A stretch of DNA of 64,000 nt. Source: Lama guanicoe (Eukaryota). The notes beneath the pieces were generated by a model that was given only the letters and a program-made list of their open reading frames with translations, searched no databases and was not told the origin of the DNA. Position numbers and translations under genes: made by a program. The first letter of the stretch is position 1; every line of letters begins with the position of its first letter. Positions 1-11,165 of the stretch are shown here, piece after piece. The stretch spans positions 2,385,130 to 2,449,129 of the forward strand of contig MU054391.1 of the NCBI GenBank assembly GCA_013239625.1, given 5' to 3'.

Positions 1-1139
1 AGGGGCAGCGTAAGTTCCCACTGAATTAGAAGCCGTGGCTGCTGCCCAGGCAGTTCATACGCCTCATGGCAGCAGCAAGTCAGAGGACTCGTCTTAGGAT
101 GAGCCCTTCTGAAAACCTTCCCTCTCCTTTCTAATTTTAACATTGAAATATTATATTCATATGCTTAATTAACTTACTTTGTGTAACTCCTCTATATGAA
201 CTTACCTTCAAGGTTAAGATCAAGGATTGTGCCGTGCAAAGAGGGGGCTGTCTGAGCTTGAGCACAACCTCACGGATGGGTGCTCTATCCTAGACACGCG
301 CAGGATGTGACTCAGACGGACTACTCAGTCTTCAGGGGTTCTTTTCATTTCGTAATTCTTAAAATGAAGACGGTTGGCTTGAAATACATTTCAAGAGTCA
401 CACGCTGCAGTACACTATCTGAAATCATAGACACATTATGTCTACAGATTTTAGTTATCATTTCGGAGCATACAAAAACCGAAATTGTGAAAAATCTTTA
501 ATCTTTGGCATCTATTGTGAAATAGGTTATTTTGGATATTAAAATGAATTAAAAATGCAAGTTTCCCCCTGATAGCAACTGTGAGTTTATTTTTAAGCAG
601 TATTAACTGACAATGCGTTGTGTTCAAAATGGCTTTAGCAGGTGTCCTTATGAAGCAAAAGCTGCGTTGCTGTAAAAAGTGTGTAACAGGAAAAGATTAT
701 ATTAAAACAATGTATAATAACCTTGAAATATTGACAGAAAAGTGATCCCTGGATAATCATGATTAGATTCTTTTGGTCTCATGGGCAAGGAATAGTATAT
801 TTTGGGTCATATTTTTCCCCCAAATTTAAGTGAAATGATTTTTTTAATTTGAAGGTTGCAAACTATCGCTAAACAATCAAGGAAAGTGGAGAAGCAGTAA
901 AGCAAGTAAGACGCACCCCCCACAGGAGGTGAGACTGCTGCTCACGCAGTGATGGGAAGCCTGCATATCTTCCATTTGTTCACTTGTTTCACGGAGAATA
1001 AGATGAATACTCTTTTCCAATCTGACTATCCTTTCATGTTGGGTGGGATGGACAGATACTCATCTGAAGTATAGATTGATGGTCTGAGTTTCCATTGTAG
1101 CCTTATTGCCAGAGAGACACAGCCCACTACGTTCTTAAC

Positions 1140-1300
1140 TCACATGTCTACATGTGGAAGTTTAGCCTACTTTCATTTTATTGGAATTGTAAGCACTGAT
1201 GACTTAGACATATTTGTATATGTAACTTTGTGTAATTTGTCCAACTATTTCCTTGGAATATGGTCTTAGAAATGGATGCTCATTAGAGCTTATTATGACA
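1140..1300 (-). mobile_element. Ancient L1M(E)-like 3' region fragment
   Basis: Degenerate match to the antisense L1M motif ('catatttgtatatgtaactttgtg...tatttccttggaatatggtcttagaaatgg'); recognised by eye. Confidence 0.45.
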
Positions 1301-2029
1301 ACTAGATTGCCTCCCACGGAGCAGTGACAGGTGAATGGAGGCCCTGAAGCTGTGGGCTTGGGTGCACTTGTCATAGGATGGACACAAGTGCGACTCTTCC
1401 AGTGTAAGAGCTGGGCCTGAGTGCTCACTCTAACTAGTAAGTTTCTGCTTTCTGCTTTGACGGTCCTGGGGCACCAATGCCACTACGGGGAGTAGACTGG
1501 AGCATTAGCCTGGAAGAGGAAGCCAAATTCCACATCACATATTATCTAATTTATCACTGCATTTAACTAATTAATCTACTTGTAAAGTATTTCTATATGC
1601 AAATAACAAAACAGATTAAATACGTGATAATGGTATAAAACAGATTGCTAACGTTTCACAATGTAAATGTCATTCCCTTTCGTTAGAAATAATCGTTACA
1701 TATGTAACTTTGTATCCATGTAGTACATGTAATAATAATCATTATCATGATAATAATACCAATTAATTACAAATTGTTACAGAAAAATACAAACTTTCTC
1801 GCTAAAAAAAAAATAAAACAAAAGAAAAAAAGGACTTCTGATTGTGATTAGAAGAGGTTAAGAGTTTTCAGAATTGTCGTTTCTCCAGCACAGAACTAGA
1901 AAACTGAGAAGACTGAACACACAACTATTTTCAGGCCAAGACACGGGCGATACAGGCCTGTGGCCCTGCAGGGAAGAGCAGTGAGCGAAGTGGCCCCAAC
2001 ACCAGAAGCAGCCTGCTGTGAGGGGGTGC

Positions 2030-2290
2030 TTACCATACAATTCAATTTCCACGAAAATCTGCAAAGTAGAAATCTACTTGCTAGTCACAGGGAGAAATGC
2101 AGCTGGTCCCCAGAGGTGGTGGTGAGGCTGCCTGGGAGGTGGACAGAGGAGGACAATGGCGTGTGATGGAAGTGTTCTGCTGTGTTAAGTGCGGTGGTGC
2201 ACCGGCAGGAATACGCTTCTGACTTCTCAAGCTGCATTTAAAAAGGGCTCATCTCTACCATATATAAAGTATGTCTCTAAAAAATTAAAA
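2030..2290 (+). mobile_element. Ancient L1M (MD/ME-like) 3' terminus
   Basis: 'gtgatggaagtgttctg...gtgcggtggtgcaccggcaggaatac...tatataaagtatgtctctaaaaaattaaaa' resembles the L1MD/ME 3' end with an A-rich tail. Confidence 0.55.
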
Positions 2291-2349
2291 ACCAAAACAC
2301 CCACCATCAATGTAAATCAAAATTTAATTCAACTATTAAACAAATACAA

Positions 2350-3000
2350 AGTATAATAACAATTTTTAAAAAGAGATAAGGAAATATAAATAAGTCATAA
2401 GGCAGAAAACTAGCAGAAATGGCAATGCCAAAATAATGTTTGAGTTTTAGTTAAATAAATGAAGCTTCTACAAAAAAATAAAAGAAATACCAACACACCA
2501 TCCTGAAATTGATTAAAGGAAAGTGTCCTGAACTACGGACACAGCAAGTCACTCACAGAGCATGGTGCGCAGAGATCAATGCTAGCAAACTTTAAATATT
2601 CATTTCCTAAAATAAACTTAATTTAGTGGGACTTGACACAAGAAACATGTTAAGTATTAAATGTGACAATAAGCACAGAAATCATTTTTAAAGTTTGTAA
2701 AGAAACATCTCAAAGATTTATGTGTGCATATAGAATTATTGATTAATTCCAACAAAACTATATACAACACATAATTCACATTCTATTTCAAAATAAACAA
2801 GAGGTTTGAAAAAGTTGGACTCCTTCTAGATTTATTTTACGAACCATAATAAAAATGTGACAAATAGTACAACAATCTAACTTAACAATATGAATGCAAA
2901 GTCGTAAAAACATTCAGCAAGTGTTCAAAAGATAAAAACATCGTGCCCAGGTAAGGTCACTCCAGGAATACAAGCCTAATTCAACACAGAGCCACTGCGA
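2350..3000 (+). mobile_element. Highly decayed L1M ORF2 (reverse-transcriptase region) fragment
   Basis: A-rich plus strand; 'catcgtgcccaggtaaggtcactccaggaatacaagcctaattcaaca' corresponds to the ORF2 HHDQVGFIPGMQGWFN-coding segment. Confidence 0.55.
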
Positions 3001-3060
3001 CTCACACAGTAGGTCAACAAGGAGGTGGAATCTATTCATAAAATCAGCAAACTTTTCTTT

Positions 3061-3480
3061 TTTAAAAAATGACTTTCCTGGATATACTTTCAAAATGATA
3101 TGATTCACCCTCTTACATTATACAATTCAACATTCTTTAGTATATTCACAGGGCTGTGCAGCCATCACCACTATCTATTTTTAGAAAATTTCATCACTCA
3201 AAAAAAAAAGCCAAAAAAGCCAAAACAACCTTATACCAATAGCAGTCATTCCCTAATTCCTTGACACTCTTTAAGTTGGAAACAACCATTCGTGTTATAT
3301 GCTGATTCTGTACATTTGCATATACTGGACATTTCACATAATATGGGTCTGTTGTGACGGGCTTTTTCATTCAGCATAATGTTCCCAAGCTTTCTTGTGT
3401 TGCAGCAATGCATCCGCACTTCACTCTGTATTGCAAAATGATACTCCAGTGTGTGGCTGTTTTACCTCACTTAGCCATCG
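3061..3480 (-). mobile_element. L1MB-like 3' end
   Basis: 'tatacaattcaacattctttagtatattcacagggctgtgcagccatcaccactatcta', 'ctggacatttcacata' and 'ttcattcagcataatgtt' are typical of an antisense L1MB 3' UTR. Confidence 0.75.
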
Positions 3481-3629
3481 CCAGTCCTTAATGATACAGC
3501 AAGGCAGGCAGATGAAAACAGCGGGCTAGAAGGCCACAAAGCCGTCCGCCTGTACAAAGAAACTTCACACATGGCAAAGCCATTCTCTCAAATCAACAGG
3601 AAAATTTCAATCTGTGAGAAAATAACATA

Positions 3630-3960
3630 GATTCTGATCTCACACCATTTCCTAAAATGACTCATAGATGGGTGAAAGATCTAAGCGTTTAAAATATGAA
3701 ACCATAAAATTAAGGTTTGCAATGTAGGTGGAGATTTATTTAATCTCGGGGAAGGAATTTCTAAACATAACTCCAAAACAGAGACTCTGAAGGAAAAGAT
3801 TGATACTTCTGTGCATGTAAAATTATGAACTTCAGAGAGAAAAACGTACCTTAAAAATGTTAAAAGGCAAATGGGCTGGAAAACAAGTGCCAGATGTGAA
3901 AAACAACTTATCATATCTCTAAAATATACGGACAATTTCTAAACCAAGAAGAGAAATATG
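3630..3960 (+). mobile_element. Decayed L1M ORF2 C-terminal fragment (probable continuation of the 2350-3000 element)
   Basis: 'tctcacaccatttcctaaaatgactcatagatgggtgaaagatctaa...gaaaccataaaa...aaggaaaagattgatac' corresponds to the LTPYTKINSRWIKDLN...KEKID region. Confidence 0.65.
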
Positions 3961-6397
3961 GATACACTGACACGAAGAAAGGCCAAAGATATTTTGGGAA
4001 CACCACAATTTGGAAGAATGGAAGTGGCCCAGGTGCTGTGGGGCACATGGGAACTCAGGGAATCCTGAGCACATGACCTTGCTGCTGCTCACAGGGTTCA
4101 AGGCCAAAGAAAACCCAGTGCTTTCAGATTCCCTTAAAAGGGAAAGGATTATTAGCGAAGCGCTCTCGGGATGGGGCTGTAAACCCAGGAGACAACAAGA
4201 CTATGACAACGCAGCTCTGGGAGGCGTATCCCTGTCCCAGGAGAGCCACCAACCTCTGTGAGCCTCTTCACGGACCCGGCAAAGAGGGGCTGATTCACTG
4301 CAGTTTGAATCCTAATCCATTATTTTAAAAAGTGCATATTCGTCCATACATCTGTTCTATATCTATTTTATATCAAAGATCAGTGAAAGTGAAACACATA
4401 AGAATATGTAGAAAAATTAGGGGAATATTAATGGCATGAATCGCAGAACTCAGACAAGACCTGTCAAACGCTCTGCAGTTGGAGCTGCGTGGGGGATAAA
4501 CAGAGGTGCAACCCCGGGCAGCCATGAAGGAGCGCAATAGACGTTTGCAGCTGGCATGGAGAGAAGCCACAGGCCACGGCGGGCTGAAAAAGTAAATTAC
4601 AGCTTCAAAATTATGTAGCGCGTGTTTTCGTTTTATAAGAAAGAGAGTCTTTAAAATGTCTTAAGTTTGCTGCGGATATCTGTAGCATATTTCCTTTCTC
4701 TTTTTGATACGTTAAATGATCAAGCTTTTCCTAAGAGGTTTTAAAGGTATTTTTCAAAATGTGCAACTTATTACATAAAAACATTTTGTTAAACAAGCAT
4801 AGTTCTCTATTAAAAATGATACATGTTTGCCCAAGAGGTTACATATGAACTATTCACAGTGATGCAAAATATTTCTGATGAGACCCGCTTTGTGACTCTT
4901 GGTCTATTTCTGTAATTTGCTATTTGCTGGGAAACACTTTCCATCTCAAGGCTTACAACTACCATTAACCAACAAATGGTCCAATTTCCTAATGCATAAC
5001 ACTCTCCGATGATTGCTTCACAGCGTCACAAATGCCCTGATTTTGAATTTCATGTTAATCCCCATTCCCAGTCACACTTCCCTCCTCTTCGCCATTTTCG
5101 AAGAGATTGTGCTGTCTTCATCTGATAATCTATTATATGGATAATCTACCAATCGTTACAATGAGGAAAATTGATTTTTAAAAAAAGAAGTAACAATGTA
5201 ACATGCAAGTTTCATTTAGTTTTAAACACACTCGGATGTTTCTAACAATTGCTGTGTGAAGGGGCGTCTTGCCTGCTCCCCGGGGAACACTTCTTCTTAC
5301 CACTGGGAAGAGTCGCACATGGGTGCAATACTCACCACAAATGGCTTGCTTCCGGGAGAGAAAAGCAACCCCAAGCATCTGAGGAACTTTACAGAGAAAA
5401 AAACAACTGACTTTTAAAACGCGCTTTCTCATACGCTATATACAGGGAGCCCCCGTTTCAAATAGTAAGACTTCCCTGTCAACCAACTATCGCATCCAAG
5501 GAAACAGAGACGGGCAGAGGTTCGCATAGACAACACACGCTGGAGCAAGGAGTCAGCCAATGCTGTCAGTGATAATATCTCTGTTGTTCAGCAATAATTG
5601 AGCCGCAAGGAGGTAACTCACATGTCCGAGACCACACACACCTTCTACACTGGCCAATGGCCAAGCTGCCCCTGACCTGTAACCCAGGGCATCTTCAATA
5701 CTCTTTGCTGCCCATGAGCATATGGGATGATCTGTCAAGTCAACCAACTAAATATATTTCATATGATTATGTATTCAGTTTGCTCTTATCAGTGTGTGGA
5801 AAGCTCGTGATGCAGGAAGGATAAGATATAAATAATGCCTTCAAGGAGTATGATGTCTACCACTGCAGCAGGAGCGACCCCATGGCGTCTGATGTCATAC
5901 GCGATCGACTGACAGAACACACAGAGCGCGGTGACCGCACAGAGAGGGTGACTCGGCGACACAGTCCATGCACTCGCACACAGGTACACTGTCCTCTGCC
6001 CCACAGCCAGCAGGATGCAACCAGAGGGGGTTTTCAGGAAGATGTGACTTGAAAGAGCCTCGGCAGACAGCGCGGGTTTCTCCAGGGAAGGATGGAACTG
6101 GCCAGGAGGGACAGCAGGGGCATGGGACTTTAAAGTCAGTGAATACTTTGAAATGCCCTCTGCCGGCCCAGCTGTGTCCCCTGCTTCCACGCGTGTCCTT
6201 ACAACCTCTCGCCAAGCCGCAGATCACGCTGCTCATTGACAGCTACCAAAACGCAAAGCTCCACAGGGCCGTGGGTTTTGCCCCAATCTGTTCATTAATG
6301 AGTCCCTCGTGTCAGACGGCAACTGCCGTGTAAGACGTGGGCCACAAGTGTGTTAAAAATTAATGATAAAAGCAAGAATAAGTTTACATCTTTAGTT

Positions 6398-6475
6398 CAG
6401 ATTTTGTCATTAAATAGCTGTATGACCTCACACGGGTGAATCTAGCTGAACTTTGGTTTCCTCACTTTAAAAAAC
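6398..6475 (+). mobile_element. MIR core fragment
   Basis: 'tagctgtatgacctc...ctgaactttggtttcctcactttaaaa' resembles the MIR core. Confidence 0.5.
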
Positions 6476-6929
6476 AGAAAACCAGTGACGACTGAAAGAC
6501 TGCTAGTATGAGTCTCATAAAGGTGTTGACGTTAAGCTGTATATGCAAACCCTCAGCCGAATGAGTGTCACAGCCGTTAACACAAGCGTGGCGGTGGTGT
6601 CGGTGATGATTGTGAGAAAAATAAGATTTCGAGGACATGCTAGATTTTTGGTTTTGTTGGTGGTGGTGGCGACAGTGGTGGCACTTTTTTCTTTCTGAAG
6701 ACTGAGAAGTCAACTCTAGTGTAGTGATTACGGCGCAGCACCCCACGCCCCAGCGGGCACCCCGGTGACCAGGACCCGGGAAACACAGAACAGAGCTCCT
6801 CATTTTGAAATAATTACTTCATTCTTAAAGGGTTTGAACACGAAATTAATTAGCATGATGAGTTCCTTACTGGTCCATACAGACATGTGATGGTAAAATA
6901 CTAAGATGCTGCATGTACACACTCACAAA

Positions 6930-6952
6930 GTGTGTGTGTGTGTGTGTGTGTG
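6930..6952. repeat. (TG)n microsatellite
   Basis: Perfect TG run of about 11 units. Confidence 0.95.
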
Positions 6953-7199
6953 AGGCTAATATCCTGAGTGCATCATACCTTTCAACCATTTTATGAAGTG
7001 TAGATTATTGGCAGCATCTGGCGATAAGTGTGCAGTGATCGGAACCCTGCTTGGGGATAGATTTGGGGTAATAACTAAAGTCAATGGCTGTGACCTCCAC
7101 ATGCCTCAGATTAGGAGCCCGTCAGTTCATGGAACAACCTTTCCTCCTGTTCCTCAGTAGCCCTGTTGAGATTAGCTGCCTTTCTCAAAAAAATAATTC

Positions 7200-8480
7200 C
7201 GAGCAAAAGATGCGCTCGCCCCAACAGCAGGTTCACCAGAAAGGAGCGGCTCGCGCCGTGGCGCGCAGCCGGCAGCGGGGCGCCTGAGCGGGGCTGCGAG
7301 ACACACCTTCCTCTCGTCAGGGACCTGCTTCTGGAAAGGAGCCGATGTGACCCCGCCCCAAAGAGACCTGTGCGAGGTGCTGAATGGCCTGCATCCGAAA
7401 CCGTCATTCTCTTGCCCCCCTCGTCAGCCCGCCCCGCGTGTCCCCCCTGCGAACCGTCAGCTCCTCTTCGCCTGACCTGCCTTTCAGGAGAGAGGCGGGC
7501 ATGCCGAGAAACAGCAGCAAGGCCCACGGCGAGTGGCCTGCCTGGGCCGAGAGAGCGGCGCCCGCAGCCAGCAGAGCCGGGCGCGGTTCCCGCGACGGCC
7601 TCGGAAGCTGACTCCCTTGGAGGACGGGGAAGCTAAGGGCGTGCGTTCTGTGCCCCTTCCGCATCCTTTGACGCTTCACCTGAGAGAAGGTTCCGTCGAG
7701 CAGCGCACTGTACGTGAGGGGACTGTGCCGTGCTCCCCGGGGACACAGGAAGGCCCCTGAACACGCAGTGCGGGAGGAAGACGTAAGCTCCAGCACCGTT
7801 TGGACAGCAAAACCCTCCGGGGCTTAGGAGCAGACCTCGCCGCTGCCGGCACCCTGAGCCCCCAGCCTGTCTGATGCGCAGAGCCACCGTGGGCACCGCT
7901 CTTCCTGCTCTCCTGCGGGGGAGCCCCCCCCCCGCCCTCGCCTCCTCCGGCCCGTCTGTCCCGGGGAAGCAGGACGCACTGTCTCGGGCCGGCGCTGCGG
8001 CCGCAGGATGGCTTCCGCTGAACGTCCCTGGGGGCGGTGGCTGCCCCTTAATTGGCCTCCCTGGCTCGCTCCCCGCTCGCGTCCTGCTCCAAAATTAGAA
8101 TCATTTAATGCAGACCAAGCGCCTCGAATCCCGCTTCCTGACGCTCCGCCCGTCGCCCTCGCTCTGGGACGCACGCTGCTGCAGACGGGCGGCCTCCCTT
8201 CCAGCAGCAGCTCGAAGGTCAGGAAGCTCGACGAGAATCGGGGAAGAGAAAATGTCAGCCTGGGAACTGCTGAGTGTGTGCACGTGCAGAAGGCCAGGCC
8301 CTTTAGAAGACAAACATCACAGACAGAGAGAGCGCCAAAGGCGCCTCGCGCTCTCGCCGCCCGCGGCGGGACTGTCAGGCCCGGCCGCGACACCCCGCGA
8401 TCTAGCGCCGCGCGTGTCCAGCCCCGCACCTGCTCCACTCCAGCCTCTCCTCCCCACGCCTCCGGGACTCGGGGCTCTCA
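7200..8480. promoter_or_regulatory. CpG-island-like GC-rich tract
   Basis: Sustained high GC with dense CpG (gcgcgcagccggc, gcggccgc, cccgcggcggg) and no recognisable repeat or CDS. Confidence 0.6.
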
Positions 8481-10019
8481 CTGACCCAGATTCTACCGAA
8501 TGTTCACGACTAGATCATTGGGCTGTGACCAGCAATTGAAAGTAATTTCCTTTAAAAAAATTGCCTAGTGAAAGGGGAACACTGGGAAGTAGTTTGTTTT
8601 GATTGTTTACGACTGAAAGAAAATCAGACAAGGTCCTGCTCCTGCCACCATCGGCTGTAGCGCCAGGGAGAAAGACACGTTAGCAGGTGACGCCTGGGCC
8701 TGGCGTGCGGGGAGGAGCCAACACGCACGAGCCAGGGCCGCACGGCCACCAGGGAGGTGGCTCAGAACACTGTCTCCCCACCCCCCCCCGGCCCTTGCAG
8801 CCCTGTATCTGACAAGCGCTCCTTCCCCTTGCCCTGGGGGTGTAGACCCGGGTGAAGGAGTCGGCCAGGTGGGAACGTGCTTTTAGAGCAGGGGGGCTCA
8901 GGCTCTGGGGCACGCAGAGCACAAGGTGTGCCTCTCGCTCCCCCATTCCTAATCCGCGTGGTGTCGGTGTGGTCCCTAGAAGCCACTCAACTTCCTGAAG
9001 CCTCTGTGGCCTCACTCCCACGGCGAGGGTAAGACCAATGCCGACGTTTTGGAGACGGGTAGGAGAACGGAATGACGGATGTGGCAAACACTTGGTGCAC
9101 AGTGTCCATCCTGCCTTCAGCCCTGATCTTCCGTGGAGAGAAATCAGACAGCAGCAGCATGCGTCACTGAGGACGGCAACGTGATGAACTTCCCAGCTTC
9201 AGGCACCTGCAGTGACATCTAGAACGAACGATTCAACAGTTCAGATCTGCGTCCCAAAGGGCCGGAACTGCGCCCAGGATGTAAACCTGCATCCCTGTAG
9301 TGCTAATATGAGTCCGGAGAAGGGAACGGAGTCTTTCTGTGAAAAATGCTAATATTACAGATCCTTAGCGTCTAGAAAATGCTCGGTGATGGTCGTTCAG
9401 TGTTGCGGAGGTGAGTGCCTCAGGCTTTGAAAACTAACTGCAAGGTAACACACGAAGCGGAGTTAGAGTGAGCATCTAAAACCTTGGCTTCCTTGGGACA
9501 GAAGACCCAAGCTGGAGATTTGCTTTCTCCTAAAAAGCAAAAAGCAAAGTTGAAAACAACTCTTGTTACCTCTGTGTTCGAGTTAACCAGCGCTTGGCGG
9601 TAATTTGAAAGACACTGAAAACTTGCTGATTCTAGAGTAATAATGACTTTGGAAAAATGGCTGACGCAAACAAGCTGCTTGTTACAGGCGGCGTCAGGAT
9701 GGGGTTCACCCAGCAGATCTAACTTGAGAGGCTCGGTGGCATCCTGCGGGCTGCATTCTTTGATGATGTGTCCAATATTTCAGCTGCGTCCTGATTTCCA
9801 TGCTCAGGCAAACCAAACGACGTCACGGTGCGTCGTCCTCAGGTGTGGAGGAAACGGTGATCGCTGAGGTGTTAATTTCAAAAAGAAACCCTCACACTGT
9901 GTGGAAGATTCTTGTCACATCTAATGTCCTAGAATGGCAACTCCTGAACGGCAGCTCACCTTCTGGGGAAAACGGATCCTGCACCACGCTTTGCTCTGAA
10001 AGTGTCACTTGGGGTGGTG

Positions 10020-10325
10020 AGTGGGGACCGCGCCGGGGCAAATGGCGTCCTTCCTGCCCGGGGGCGGGGCGGGCCGCCCCGAGGGGCCGCTCTCTCCCCC
10101 ACTGTCGCCGCTCCACGTGGGAGCATCAGTGCCATCCTCATCACTCTGGACCGAAGGGCCAGCATCAGACGTACTTTTAATGACCGGCAGACCACGAAGC
10201 TCACGCTGTTCACTTCACGCCCCTCCTCAACAAACTGACCCTGACTTCCACGTGATGGAGCCAAAAGCGTCTGGTCAGTGAGGGAGTTGCTTTGTCTCCT
10301 AGAGGGACGTACATGGCAGGTAAGA
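10020..10325 (+). promoter_or_regulatory. Small promoter-like module followed by a consensus splice donor
   Basis: AAATGGCG (YY1-like, 10040-10047), GGGGCGGGGC GC box (10061-10070), CACGTG at 10114 and 10249, CAG|GTAAGA donor (GT at 10320). Confidence 0.35.
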
Positions 10326-11030
10326 ATCAGTCCAGACTGGCCAAGGGAAACGTGATCTTCAGTGCCACAGCTGCAGGAAAAGGCCACTTGTCCGCAGGTA
10401 AAGGGCACGATTTACATTTCCCCCCAGTGCTCTAAGAAAGACGCAGCTGTGCACTGACCCCGGTATGCCTCACAGGGGTCTAGGCACGCAACACCACAGG
10501 GATTCCTGAGGTCTCATGCGAACCCTCTCTTTAACGAAATCCCCAAAGATGTTTACAAATGTATTTTCTGGGGAGCAAATATCATCAATGTCAAGCCTGC
10601 ATTCTATTGCTTGGAGGCAAGAAATTAAGGCAGAGGTGTGTATTTCCCAGAGACAGGTGCAGGGACGCAGCAAGAGGGAGCCTGCTACGGACCTCCAGTC
10701 CAGCCAGAGGCCGTTGCATAAAAATCATTTGTTTAAAAAGGTTCAGAGCAGCTTGCCCCCCACTGCCTCAAATAAGGTTTGGAAGAATGCAGTCGGGTGT
10801 CAGCAGGTCCACCATCACTTCTCAGGGGGGAAGCGGCCCCAGGAGGGGAAAGGCAGCGCTCGCTCCCACCTCACCGCTGGCGCGGCTCCCCCGTGAACCC
10901 GCAAGGCCTCTTCGCGGCGTGTGGTGGTGCATTTACCCAGGGAGAGGGACTGGGGAACAAACCAGCTGTCTTCACCCTAATTGGCTCCAACTGCCCTTTC
11001 TCACTAATTTTTTTAAAAAGTTAAAACATA

Positions 11031-11165
11031 AAAATTTGTAACTATGTGAGGTGATGGATGTTAAGTAAACTCAATGGTGATCATTCCCCAATATATATTC
11101 TACCCCAATCAAGTCATACACCTCAAACTTATACAATATTCTATCTCAAGAAGACTGGAAAACAT
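11031..11165 (+). mobile_element. L1MA-like 3' terminal fragment
   Basis: 'gtaactatgtgaggtgatggatgttaa...atggtgatcatt...atacacctcaaacttatacaat...tatctcaa' is a late-L1MA-type 3' end. Confidence 0.75.

Noticed and set aside
6462..6803. His-rich ORF (HHCRHHHQQ, HNHHRHHRH)
   Set aside because: Produced by degenerate (TGG)n low-complexity sequence.
7084..8539. Cluster of 70-204 aa ORFs on both strands
   Set aside because: Expected from high GC; Ala/Arg/Pro/Gly-rich, mutually overlapping and not similar to any protein I recognise.
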